A DNA stretch of 64,000 nt from an uncultured virus (IMG/VR IMGVR_UViG_3300028805_000102) (taxonomy: Duplodnaviria > Heunggongvirae > Uroviricota > Caudoviricetes): the IMG/VR virus record IMGVR_UViG_3300028805_000102; one strand, given 5' to 3'. Below the pieces are notes generated by a model. The model did not search any database. It was not told the DNA's origin and saw only the letters and a program-made list of their open reading frames with translations. The translations under genes were made by a program, and so were the position numbers. Below, piece after piece: positions 39,893 through 49,400 of the stretch; positions within the stretch are counted from its first letter, which is position 1; every line of letters begins with the position of its first letter.

Positions 39893-41416
39893 ATGATTTT
39901 AAAACATTCAGAAAATCCTAATTTCTTAGAAATTGTTTCGTGTTCACAAGTAGAATATAAGTGTCTTACAACAAATTATACAAAATTTGTAAAAGGCTAT
40001 CAGTACAGGCCTACTTATATTAAAAAGCATTGGGATGGGAAATTGACGTTCATGCGTTATAAATATATTCCATTCGGTAGCTGGTCATACTTAAATTACC
40101 TGTGTAGGGAATTTAATATGGAAAGTAATGTCCTTCAAGTAGTCGAACCGACAATTAACAAGCTTGACTATTCAGAATTTGAAAGTTATTGTCTTGACTT
40201 GATGAAAGATTCTAAATATACTCCAAGAGATTATCAAATACAAGCTGCTTGGAAAATCATAAAATACAAAAAATGTATGGCCCAGCTTGCAACTTCAGCA
40301 GGCAAGACTTTAATTACATTTTTAGTATTTTCATATCTTGTAGACAGGTGCGGAGTTAAAAAAATCTTAATGGTTGTACCGACAGTACCACTTGTTAGAC
40401 AAGCATGCAAAGATTTTGAAGACTATAAAGCTGGAAAATTTAGTGTTTGTGAAATATATGCAGGTCAAAAAGATGATTCTGATAAGTGTATAATTACTGT
40501 TGGTACATTTCAATCTCTTTGTAAAAAACCAAAAGAATATTTTGACAAATATGGTTGCTGTATGGTAGACGAATGTCATAGAATGTCAGCAATATCAGAA
40601 TCAAAAATTATAGAACTTTGTGACTGCCAATATAAATGGGGATTATCAGGAACTGTTCCTACCAATTTCAAATATGCTGATGCACTACAAGCCGTATGCT
40701 TGTTAGGACCACTTGTGGTCAACATTAAAGCTTCAGACTTGCAAGATCTAGGCTTTATATCAAAATGCTTCATACATCGCATTATTTTGGATTATTCTCA
40801 TATTAAGAATAAGAAGCAGATACAGTCAATGGCCGAAACAAGAAAACTTATAAAAACTATAGAAGATACTGAAATGAAAGCACGTGCTTCATCAAAATTG
40901 TATGCTTCTGAAAAGAATTTTATAGTTGAACTTAATTCAAGGTTAGACTATATAACTGATCTTGTTACATCATTAAAAGGAAATACATTGATACTTGTAC
41001 ATCATATCGCATACCTTGAAAAACTTGAAAAGAATTTGAAACTTGCAACGGATGCAAAGGTTTACACAATTTCAGGAACTACGTCATACGACAACCGGGA
41101 TTTTGTAAAAGACGAAATCGAGAATAATCAGGATTGCATAATGCTTGCGACATTTGGAACCTGCAGTACAGGTATAAACATTACCAATCTTAACAACCTT
41201 ATACTTGCTGAAAGTTTTAAATCACAAGTTATTGTATTACAATCTATTGGAAGATTATTAAGAAAAAATGCTCAAAAGACTATTGCAATGATTTATGACA
41301 TTTGCGACAACATCTACAGAGGTTGTGCAATTTATAAACATGCTTCTGAACGTAAGAAACTGTATGATGAGCAAAAGTTTAAATATGATGAAATTACTAA
41401 TAAATTAAAATATTAA
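39893..41416 (+). CDS. uvsW: SF2 DNA helicase, UvsW-like
   Basis: WDG, PRDYQ, LATSAGKT, VDECH, GLSGT, STGIN, QSIGRLLR. Confidence 0.88.
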   Translation: MILKHSENPNFLEIVSCSQVEYKCLTTNYTKFVKGYQYRPTYIKKHWDGKLTFMRYKYIPFGSWSYLNYLCREFNMESNVLQVVEPTINKLDYSEFESYCLDLMKDSKYTPRDYQIQAAWKIIKYKKCMAQLATSAGKTLITFLVFSYLVDRCGVKKILMVVPTVPLVRQACKDFEDYKAGKFSVCEIYAGQKDDSDKCIITVGTFQSLCKKPKEYFDKYGCCMVDECHRMSAISESKIIELCDCQYKWGLSGTVPTNFKYADALQAVCLLGPLVVNIKASDLQDLGFISKCFIHRIILDYSHIKNKKQIQSMAETRKLIKTIEDTEMKARASSKLYASEKNFIVELNSRLDYITDLVTSLKGNTLILVHHIAYLEKLEKNLKLATDAKVYTISGTTSYDNRDFVKDEIENNQDCIMLATFGTCSTGINITNLNNLILAESFKSQVIVLQSIGRLLRKNAQKTIAMIYDICDNIYRGCAIYKHASERKKLYDEQKFKYDEITNKLKY

Positions 41417-41419
41417 ATT

Positions 41420-41902
41420 ATGAAACAAGAAATTAATCTTACTAACGGTAAAATCTTAGAAATTAAAGATTTCTTTATAGCTGTTGAAAGTAAAAAACAA
41501 AATGATTTACTTTCTAAAATAATTTATGCCAAAAATTCAGAATCATTGAAAAATACAATCTACGAAGTATCTGAAAATTTTGAAAAAATACAAAATGACA
41601 ATCAGAAAACGATAAATGATTATTCAAGATATAAGGCTGCTATAAATTATTTAATGCAAACTTATAAAGACGACAAAGAAGCTTTACGTGATGAAATCGA
41701 CAAGGTAAATTCTGAATATAATGACATCATTGAGGCATACCGTTATTTTGATACTGAAATTATGAAGACATTTTTTGATAATGAAATCACAGTCAAAATT
41801 GAGCCTATAAAAATTTCTACGGTACAACTTGGTGAAATTTTATTCAAAGAAAATAACCTACCAATTGTAATTGTTGACAAATTTATCACATTTACCTGTT
41901 AG
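41420..41902 (+). CDS. hypothetical protein
   Basis: 160-aa ORF. Confidence 0.65.
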   Translation: MKQEINLTNGKILEIKDFFIAVESKKQNDLLSKIIYAKNSESLKNTIYEVSENFEKIQNDNQKTINDYSRYKAAINYLMQTYKDDKEALRDEIDKVNSEYNDIIEAYRYFDTEIMKTFFDNEITVKIEPIKISTVQLGEILFKENNLPIVIVDKFITFTC

Positions 41903-41941
41903 TTTATTGTTTATTATATTAAAATTTAAAATTTATTACAA

Positions 41942-42922
41942 ATGGATCAAAGTACTTCAGAATTGTTTACAGAAAAATATCGTCCTAAAATGGTAAAATA
42001 TATTGTTTTACCAGAACGAATAAAGAAAGTCCTGCCCTTGGAAAAAGACAGTCAGATTTTCAATTATATATTCTATGGGCAACCTGGTTCAGGTAAGACT
42101 ACTGCTGCAAAAGCAATCATTAAACAATCAAATTCAAGATACCTTTATATAAATGGTTCTTCAGAAAACGGTATTGACATTATTCGTACAAAAGTTACAG
42201 ATTTTGCAAGAGAACGCTCAATAGCCCTTGATGAAGATGCAAATTCTATAAAAATCGTATTCATAGATGAGGCCGATATGCTCACACTGAATGCCTTTAC
42301 AGCTTTACGTTCTTTAATAGAACAATTTGCAGCAAATACACGTTTCATATTCACTTGTAATTATTTCAATAAAATACCTGAAGCAATTACAAGTAGATGC
42401 AGATGTATTAACTTTGATGTTGATTCAAAGGAACGTGAAGAAATTTTTGGTAGTTATAAAAAACTTGTAAACCTTGTCTGCAATAAGGAACAGATTACAA
42501 TATCGGATGAAAATACAGATTTGTTACTCAATACATTCTTACCGGATATGCGTAAAGTATATCAGTGTCTGAATATTGTAAAGGCAAACGGCGCAAATGA
42601 AATAACTGAAAATTTTATTCGCGAGTACCGTGACGGTATTGTAGATGATGATTTTATCTATGACTTATGTACAAACCTTGACCTTTCAGATTCAGAAATT
42701 TATACAAAAATGATTGACAAGATTTCTGATATCGATTTTGTATTTAAGTATTTGTCTACCAGATTCCTTGACAAAGTATTGAACACACACCCAGAATTAT
42801 TATCATTATTAGTATTGGATATACAGACATATAGTTATCAGCTTTCATCATCATTTGATAAGATGATAACACTTATTGCCTGCATTTTTAAAATTAGACA
42901 GAATTATAAAAAATTAAACTAA
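41942..42922 (+). CDS. clamp loader ATPase (T4 gp44 / RFC small subunit-like)
   Basis: EKYRP, GQPGSGKTT, IDEAD, FTCN, SRC, PDMR. Confidence 0.92.
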   Translation: MDQSTSELFTEKYRPKMVKYIVLPERIKKVLPLEKDSQIFNYIFYGQPGSGKTTAAKAIIKQSNSRYLYINGSSENGIDIIRTKVTDFARERSIALDEDANSIKIVFIDEADMLTLNAFTALRSLIEQFAANTRFIFTCNYFNKIPEAITSRCRCINFDVDSKEREEIFGSYKKLVNLVCNKEQITISDENTDLLLNTFLPDMRKVYQCLNIVKANGANEITENFIREYRDGIVDDDFIYDLCTNLDLSDSEIYTKMIDKISDIDFVFKYLSTRFLDKVLNTHPELLSLLVLDIQTYSYQLSSSFDKMITLIACIFKIRQNYKKLN

Positions 42923-42929
42923 AATTATT

Positions 42930-43145
42930 ATGAAACATTTATCTTATGAACATAGACAGAAGATTTCGGAAGCACACAAAAATAAACGTCGAAAGCCATT
43001 CTCTGAAGAATGGAAACGAAAGATGTCAGAAGCGCATAAAGGAAAGAAATTCTCTGAAGAACACAAACAAAAAATCGCATTATCAGTCAAAAAGACATTA
43101 CAAAGTAAGAAAGCCCTCATCAACTCGCAGAATCCTACGACTTAG
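42930..43145 (+). CDS. NUMOD3 repeat-only protein (homing-endonuclease DNA-binding remnant)
   Basis: Three (L/F)SxEH/W.xK(I/M)S..HKG repeats. Confidence 0.7.
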   Translation: MKHLSYEHRQKISEAHKNKRRKPFSEEWKRKMSEAHKGKKFSEEHKQKIALSVKKTLQSKKALINSQNPTT

Positions 43146-43605
43146 GAGGTATTCCAGGAAATTACTTTATACACTTTTTGCTCTTATTCTAACAATAGAC
43201 ATATCTCAATACCGTAATATAAAGATATATGAAGTTTCAGCTAATAAACAGAAAATGCCTATATCTAGAATATGTACGATTACAGTCTATAATCCTGATA
43301 AAAAGCAATGTAATGAAGATTTCCTGCATACAGCCGATATGAGTTTTATTGATACAAATAAATTAAAGGATTTCAGTATTAGGTGGTGTGCTGTTTCAAA
43401 TAATCTGTTACAGGATTTTTGTAATTTCGGCGACACTTTGTATATCAAAATAGGTGATGAATTAATAGATGGTAAATGGGTTGTTCATGACAGAATGAAT
43501 AAAAGGTTTACCAATTATGTAGATTTATTGTCTGATAAAAAATTTAACAAAAGAATTAACAAAAGAAAATCAATAGAAATATATAATCTAAGCAGATATG
43601 AATAG
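42946..43605 (+). CDS. 3D-domain (cell-wall lytic-type) protein; start uncertain
   Basis: TVYNP..QC..D...TAD...AVS...GD...VHDRMN...VDLL; hydrophobic segment upstream. Confidence 0.6.
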   Translation: MNIDRRFRKHTKINVESHSLKNGNERCQKRIKERNSLKNTNKKSHYQSKRHYKVRKPSSTRRILRLRRYSRKLLYTLFALILTIDISQYRNIKIYEVSANKQKMPISRICTITVYNPDKKQCNEDFLHTADMSFIDTNKLKDFSIRWCAVSNNLLQDFCNFGDTLYIKIGDELIDGKWVVHDRMNKRFTNYVDLLSDKKFNKRINKRKSIEIYNLSRYE

Positions 43606-45238
43606 TGAGTATGAGGTAGAGAAATTTTGTGACAGACTTCTTGAAAGCTATATGTCAACCAATGACGACGTAAATAGTTTTATTTCAAGATGTTTGTCTG
43701 CATTATCTGATGGATTTTATCGAGATATGGTATGTATATTTGATATGTATGCATCATCATATTATGTTAAAAGACAGTTAAATAACGTATTATCAAAAAA
43801 GAATAAAGAAGATGTTGAGTTTATCTATATCGACAGATTTATACAAGACGAAGAAGAACTTAAAAAATTTATTGAAAAGAAGGTAAAACCGACAAATGCT
43901 AATTTATATGTTGTTGATTTTTCAATATCTTTTACAAAGGTCAATGATGCAATCTATCATTATATAGACAATACAATACAAATGCTGAAAATTCTTTGCA
44001 AACAGATTTCCTCAAAAAGAAAGAAAAAGTGTGTATTTAATTTGTCAATTATCAATGATGACTGCGAAGATCTTATTGACGAACTTACTTCAAGATTCTT
44101 TGTCAATATGAAAATTTACAATGATTCTTTGAAGATAAATGAAAAATATGCCAAGAAATATTATCAATTTATAGATAAAATAACAAAACCGCAAAATACT
44201 CTCAACAGCCTACTTAATGATGTAGATTTTGAGAAAACAAATAGCTTTGGTAAAATTACAAATATATCAAGAGTCTTTAAAGATTTATGTTATGACAGTG
44301 CTGTAATACTTTTCTATAACAATGAAAAAATACTTAATAACTTCAAACAAACCTACAATTCAGTATTTCATTTCAAAAGCCTTAATACAGCCAATGTAAA
44401 TGTCGATTCATTAAAAACATTTTGCTGTAAGAATATTATAGGCCAAGATGAATCTATTGAAAAAATTTGCCAGCGACTTGAATCAAGAATATTATTCGGT
44501 ACATCTGAAAGAATACTGATGACAGCAATGCTTGCCGGCAGTACGGGTGTAGGTAAAACTGAAACTGTAAAAATTATTGCTGAATACCTTAAAAAATATG
44601 ACTATGATTTTTACACTTATGATATGTCTACATATTCATCAGGTATGAATGTCGCTTCATTATTTGGTGCTGCTCCTGGTTATGTAGGATATAGTGAAGG
44701 AGGAGCTCTTATAAATGATTTAGCAAATAACAACCGTGCTGTTATCTTATTTGATGAAATTGAAAAAGCTGACACACTTGTACTCAACTCATTGTTAAAG
44801 ATGCTTGATGAAGGTTTTATCAAAACACATACAGGAGACACAATCACACTTGACAAGTGCCTTATATTTATGACAACCAACAGCGGTTCGAAAGAATCAA
44901 AAATAAAATCAGTAGGTTTTAATAATAAAGGCACTGATAAAAGTAAAGTATATAATAAAGCGATTTCAGGTGATTTCAGACCGGAATTTTTATCAAGACT
45001 TGATGAAGTGCTTATATTCAATGATTTGTCAGAATCTGATTATCGTAAAATAATAAACCTTCAATTCAAGAGAATTAAAAAGAAAATAAAAGACAAGTAT
45101 TCTATTAACATAAACTTAGATACCTATTATAAAGATAAAATCTTAAAACAAATTTCAGAAAATGGATCCAATGTTCGTTCTGTAAAAAGAATGTTGGAAC
45201 AGGCTGTAATGACTAAACTAAAAAATTTACAAAAATGA
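43598..45238 (+). CDS. ClpA/ClpB-like AAA+ ATPase (D2 module only)
   Basis: IIGQD, GSTGVGKTE, DMS, GAAPGYVGY, FDEIEKA, MTTN, FRPEFLSRLD. Confidence 0.88.
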   Translation: MNSEYEVEKFCDRLLESYMSTNDDVNSFISRCLSALSDGFYRDMVCIFDMYASSYYVKRQLNNVLSKKNKEDVEFIYIDRFIQDEEELKKFIEKKVKPTNANLYVVDFSISFTKVNDAIYHYIDNTIQMLKILCKQISSKRKKKCVFNLSIINDDCEDLIDELTSRFFVNMKIYNDSLKINEKYAKKYYQFIDKITKPQNTLNSLLNDVDFEKTNSFGKITNISRVFKDLCYDSAVILFYNNEKILNNFKQTYNSVFHFKSLNTANVNVDSLKTFCCKNIIGQDESIEKICQRLESRILFGTSERILMTAMLAGSTGVGKTETVKIIAEYLKKYDYDFYTYDMSTYSSGMNVASLFGAAPGYVGYSEGGALINDLANNNRAVILFDEIEKADTLVLNSLLKMLDEGFIKTHTGDTITLDKCLIFMTTNSGSKESKIKSVGFNNKGTDKSKVYNKAISGDFRPEFLSRLDEVLIFNDLSESDYRKIINLQFKRIKKKIKDKYSININLDTYYKDKILKQISENGSNVRSVKRMLEQAVMTKLKNLQK

Positions 45239-45708
45239 TAGTATTAAAGCATAAAGACAAACGCGTTGTCAGTGTAAGATATATCTATAATAGTGAAAAT
45301 CAATTACTTGACGATGACGAAATTTTACTTGATTCTACAGATATATATAGAATATTAAATAAACATAATAAAAAAGAACAAGTAACATCTATAACAAAAT
45401 CCTTTATTCGGGATATTATTTCAATAATAGAAACAGCTTTTGAAATTCGTCCAAATACATTAAATATCAATAAACGATATGAAAATTATGTAATTGCAAG
45501 ATATACAGGTATGTATATCTTATATAAACATCATTATGGCTCACTTTCAAAGATAGCAAGTGTATTTAATAAGGATCATGCAACAGTCATACATGCAAAT
45601 CAAGTTATTGAAAATATCCTTACAACACATGACAAACGAAATTATTCAAAAGTAAAGCAATGCATTGATAGCTGTGAAGAATATTTTTTAACCATGACAG
45701 AACAATAA
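45235..45708 (+). CDS. DnaA domain IV-like helix-turn-helix protein
   Basis: ARY.GMYIL...SLSKIASVFNKDHATVIHA. Confidence 0.8.
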   Translation: MIVLKHKDKRVVSVRYIYNSENQLLDDDEILLDSTDIYRILNKHNKKEQVTSITKSFIRDIISIIETAFEIRPNTLNINKRYENYVIARYTGMYILYKHHYGSLSKIASVFNKDHATVIHANQVIENILTTHDKRNYSKVKQCIDSCEEYFLTMTEQ

Positions 45709-45745
45709 CGGAATCCATATAAATAATAAAAATAGCTAATTTAAT

Positions 45746-46684
45746 ATGGACAATATTTCATCATTGCATAATATATATTCATTTGACATTGTTGTCAGTG
45801 ACGACGACAAAAAACTTAATACAAAAGAATTTATAGAAAAAATATCTCAAGAATATAAAGATGAATACTTTTCTGAAAATTCAAATCATGAAATAGTCAT
45901 ATCTAATATTGATATAGAATTTTTGAAATGTACATTATTAACTCTTGAAGATATTATCAACCGTTCAAAAATAAAAAATTATACAGTATCTATAAATGCT
46001 CGTTGTACTACAACTACATTTGATACATTTAACACTCAAAAATTCTTTCATGATTATGACGAAGATGAAATCTATAATTACCTTGGTAAAAACTTTGATA
46101 GGTTTAGAAAATTTTATAATTATCCAGTAACCTATCAAGAAGCAAAAGAAGGCTTTAAATCGAAAATATCAAATTTTGTAGTTGATTCAAAAGATTACTA
46201 TATTGACTTGTTATCTACTCCGAATACTATAAAAATCAATTGTTTCAAAGGTGTTGATGACTTTAAGAAAATAGCTACTGTATCAAATTATATTGTAAGT
46301 ATTGTAGATAGCTGTATCAATAACTTTGAAACATACTTGTTCAATGAATCTGAAAAGGTTTTTTCAGATATTGTTGAAACTTATGAAACAGGACATACAT
46401 TCTGGAAATCTTTAAGTAAAAATCATGAATTACTTATAGACTTGAAAGAATATGACAAAGATGAGTATTTTAACTTTGAATATTTTAGAGATGCACTTGT
46501 GTGTCTTGATAAAATTTTTCATAGTAAAGATAAAATGGCAATCAACCTAGATACTGAAAACCTATGTCTTGAAATTAATACTGATAAACTTGAAAATTAT
46601 TATCTTTGCAATAAGTCAAATATAAAAATATATCTGCTTGCAGATATAAAGGGATGCAGACTTATAAATATTGAAGTTAAATAA
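45746..46684 (+). CDS. hypothetical protein
   Basis: 312-aa ORF preceded by TATAAATA (45718-25). Confidence 0.7.
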   Translation: MDNISSLHNIYSFDIVVSDDDKKLNTKEFIEKISQEYKDEYFSENSNHEIVISNIDIEFLKCTLLTLEDIINRSKIKNYTVSINARCTTTTFDTFNTQKFFHDYDEDEIYNYLGKNFDRFRKFYNYPVTYQEAKEGFKSKISNFVVDSKDYYIDLLSTPNTIKINCFKGVDDFKKIATVSNYIVSIVDSCINNFETYLFNESEKVFSDIVETYETGHTFWKSLSKNHELLIDLKEYDKDEYFNFEYFRDALVCLDKIFHSKDKMAINLDTENLCLEINTDKLENYYLCNKSNIKIYLLADIKGCRLINIEVK

Positions 46685-46695
46685 AACCTATAATT

Positions 46696-47142
46696 ATGAA
46701 AACTATAAAATCATTTAAACAATTCTTAAAAGAAAATAATATTATGAGAAGATCCATATATGAGCTACTTGCTGATCCAAGTACTCCTGCTTTTATCAGA
46801 AAAGCATTCGTGCCTGACATATCTGAATTTAGGTCAAATGTTCTTGGTCTTGCAGACGAACATGAAATAAATCTTAATAAAGACTATATAACTAAATTTA
46901 TAGAACAGCATTCTGAAGCAACTGGTACTCCTAAAGAATTGTATGCTGCTTGTTTTGAAGCAATTATGTTTGAAAAAGCAAATGAAATGCTTGACAAACA
47001 AGCTTTGATTCCACAAGATTCTAAGTATGCTATGCAAAATCCTCCAGATGAAGTAGTTATTGATATTTTCAATGATTTAGGTCTTGCGACTTCTCAACTA
47101 CAAACAGCTAATAGACTAATTGACATATTGGATAATGACTAA
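46696..47142 (+). CDS. putative internal virion protein
   Basis: N-terminus MKTIKSFKQFLKE resembles the T4 capsid-targeting sequence. Confidence 0.5.
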   Translation: MKTIKSFKQFLKENNIMRRSIYELLADPSTPAFIRKAFVPDISEFRSNVLGLADEHEINLNKDYITKFIEQHSEATGTPKELYAACFEAIMFEKANEMLDKQALIPQDSKYAMQNPPDEVVIDIFNDLGLATSQLQTANRLIDILDND

Positions 47143-47154
47143 ATTTGAATAAAA

Positions 47155-47565
47155 ATGGAATTAAAGACATTTAATGAATTCATAAATTCGTCAAAAAAAT
47201 ATAAAGAGGTTCAAACAACATTTATAAATTTCCTAAGATATTTTATGCATACAGGCGTTAATGACAAAATTACACTTGACATGTGCAATAGTCTTTTGAA
47301 AACGAATCCTGAAATAATTTTTTCAAAGCTTTCAAATAAATTTATGAATGCTGATGAACTATTTAAGCAAACGTCGGTAAAAGATGTGTATAATATAAGA
47401 TGTACTGAAGACAGACAGGCTTCGCTTATAACTTTATCAAAGGGTTCGACAGTAAATTTTAAGACATATACGTCAGAATCTCCTGATTTATTTGAAAAAT
47501 CTATAAAACAATATATGGTTGAAGAAGAATCAGAATCTTCTGAAGAATCAGAATCAAATCAGTAG
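47155..47565 (+). CDS. putative internal virion protein
   Basis: N-terminus MELKTFNEFIN. Confidence 0.5.
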   Translation: MELKTFNEFINSSKKYKEVQTTFINFLRYFMHTGVNDKITLDMCNSLLKTNPEIIFSKLSNKFMNADELFKQTSVKDVYNIRCTEDRQASLITLSKGSTVNFKTYTSESPDLFEKSIKQYMVEEESESSEESESNQ

Positions 47566-47613
47566 TTGTAATAAATAGTTTATAGACGGTTGTAAACTAA
47601 ATACATAAAGGTA

Positions 47614-49392
47614 ATGTCATCATTTTTTAATAAAGCGAGAATTTCAGCTGTACAAATAGTCCAGCAGGCTGTTGATAAAGTTTCTGAGCAATATTCTCAG
47701 GCAAAACAAGTATTTACAGCAGCCAGTCCGTTTGGTCAAATTCTACTTGTCATCTCAAATTTATTTGAGATGTTCATGACATACCTTTCTCATGCACTTG
47801 AAAACCTTAATATTAAAACTGTACATAGTGTCGAAGGTGTTTATGGACTTGCAAGCCTTGTAGGACATAACGCATTCAGAGGAGCGTCATCTAAATCAAT
47901 CATCAACTTATCATTAAATAGTTCGGCTCCTGGAAATGTTAAAGGATCTTATGTAAAGATTCCAAACAATGCGGTACTTACAACAAATAATAATTTGAAA
48001 TTCTTCATACAAAGTCCGCAAGATTTCATAACACTTAAAATGAATTCTTCAGAAGGTGTGAATGTTACAATAGTTGAAGGTACTATAGAAGAACAAATAT
48101 TTGTTTCTGATGGTTCAAAGCTACAGAGCTTCGACGTCATTACAAAAAATATGACAGATAATTTTGATGTAAGTGTATTTGTCAATGATGAAGAATGGAC
48201 TAAAAAAGAATCACTCTATGATATGAATGAAAATGAAGAAGCATTCATATTAAAAACAGGTTTATCAGCCGGACTTACTGTATTTTTCGGTAATGGCGAC
48301 TTTGGTAAAATTCCAGACAGCGGTGCTTCAATTAAGGTAAGATACATATTGTCGTCAGGTGCTGCAGGAAATGTTGATTTAACTAATTTTGAATTAAAAT
48401 TTTCAGAACCGGGAATTTCATCTACAGGTGAAGAAGTCGATCTTTCACAAAATGTTGATATTAAAGTTATTGAAAATGCAAGATTTGGTGCTGACTATGA
48501 AGATGTAAATTTTACAAGACTTATTGCACCTAAAACAAGTAAAAGTTTCGTTCTTGCGACTGCTGAAAACTACAAACAATTTTTGTCAAGATATAACCAA
48601 TTTTCATTTATAGATGTTCAAGTATCTGATTCTGTATCATATCTTAATGACAATAATATCATATATATTACATTACTAAAAGATGTAACTCCTTATTATT
48701 CAACAGGATACGACTACTTTACAATACCTGAAGAAAAATTCTTATTAACAGAATCTGACAAGAAAAACATTATAGACTTATTGAATTATTCTGGTTATGC
48801 ACTTGTCAATACCAATATAGTAATCAATAACCTTACGATAGAGCATTACATTATAAACATTATAATTTCAGCTTTTGAAGACGCTGATAAAAATACCATT
48901 CGTACGTCTATCTATGATATTCTAAACAAATATTTCTTAAATGTAAAAAGACGAGACCTTGTAGCAAAATCAGACCTAATATCACTTATAGAATCTATCA
49001 AAGGTGTAGATACCTGTCAAGTATTCTTTACGTCTGAAAAGAATGAATTTGCTAAGAAAAACGGTTACTATACAGAAAAAGTATTCATATTCAATAAAGA
49101 AAAATCCATCTATGAAATATCAGAAAAAACAATCACTGTCGAACCTGACAAAATTCCTAATTTACGTTTAGGTTTTGATGACGTCGACAATCTTGTCATC
49201 GAGAAAAATACCTTGATGCTTCCAAGAGGTGGTTGGTCTGATTATAATTCAAATTTCTTTACAGAGACTTATACCCCAGACAAGCTTTCAAACCTAAATA
49301 TATTCTTTACTGATGATACAAAATCGGATATGTATAATTCAGATATGAATAACAAGCTTGAAAAATTATTAAAAACATCTTATAACAAATAA
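47614..49392 (+). CDS. baseplate wedge subunit (T4 gp6-like)
   Basis: V.GLASLVG, FFGNGDFGKIP..G..I.V.Y..SSGAAGN, GAD.E, AP...VLATAENY. Confidence 0.8.
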   Translation: MSSFFNKARISAVQIVQQAVDKVSEQYSQAKQVFTAASPFGQILLVISNLFEMFMTYLSHALENLNIKTVHSVEGVYGLASLVGHNAFRGASSKSIINLSLNSSAPGNVKGSYVKIPNNAVLTTNNNLKFFIQSPQDFITLKMNSSEGVNVTIVEGTIEEQIFVSDGSKLQSFDVITKNMTDNFDVSVFVNDEEWTKKESLYDMNENEEAFILKTGLSAGLTVFFGNGDFGKIPDSGASIKVRYILSSGAAGNVDLTNFELKFSEPGISSTGEEVDLSQNVDIKVIENARFGADYEDVNFTRLIAPKTSKSFVLATAENYKQFLSRYNQFSFIDVQVSDSVSYLNDNNIIYITLLKDVTPYYSTGYDYFTIPEEKFLLTESDKKNIIDLLNYSGYALVNTNIVINNLTIEHYIINIIISAFEDADKNTIRTSIYDILNKYFLNVKRRDLVAKSDLISLIESIKGVDTCQVFFTSEKNEFAKKNGYYTEKVFIFNKEKSIYEISEKTITVEPDKIPNLRLGFDDVDNLVIEKNTLMLPRGGWSDYNSNFFTETYTPDKLSNLNIFFTDDTKSDMYNSDMNNKLEKLLKTSYNK

Positions 49393-49400
49393 GATTTCAG

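Noticed and set aside
45718..45725. T4-type late promoter TATAAATA as a firm call
   Set aside because: Plausible upstream of the structural block, but too likely by chance in this AT-rich DNA to call without TSS data.
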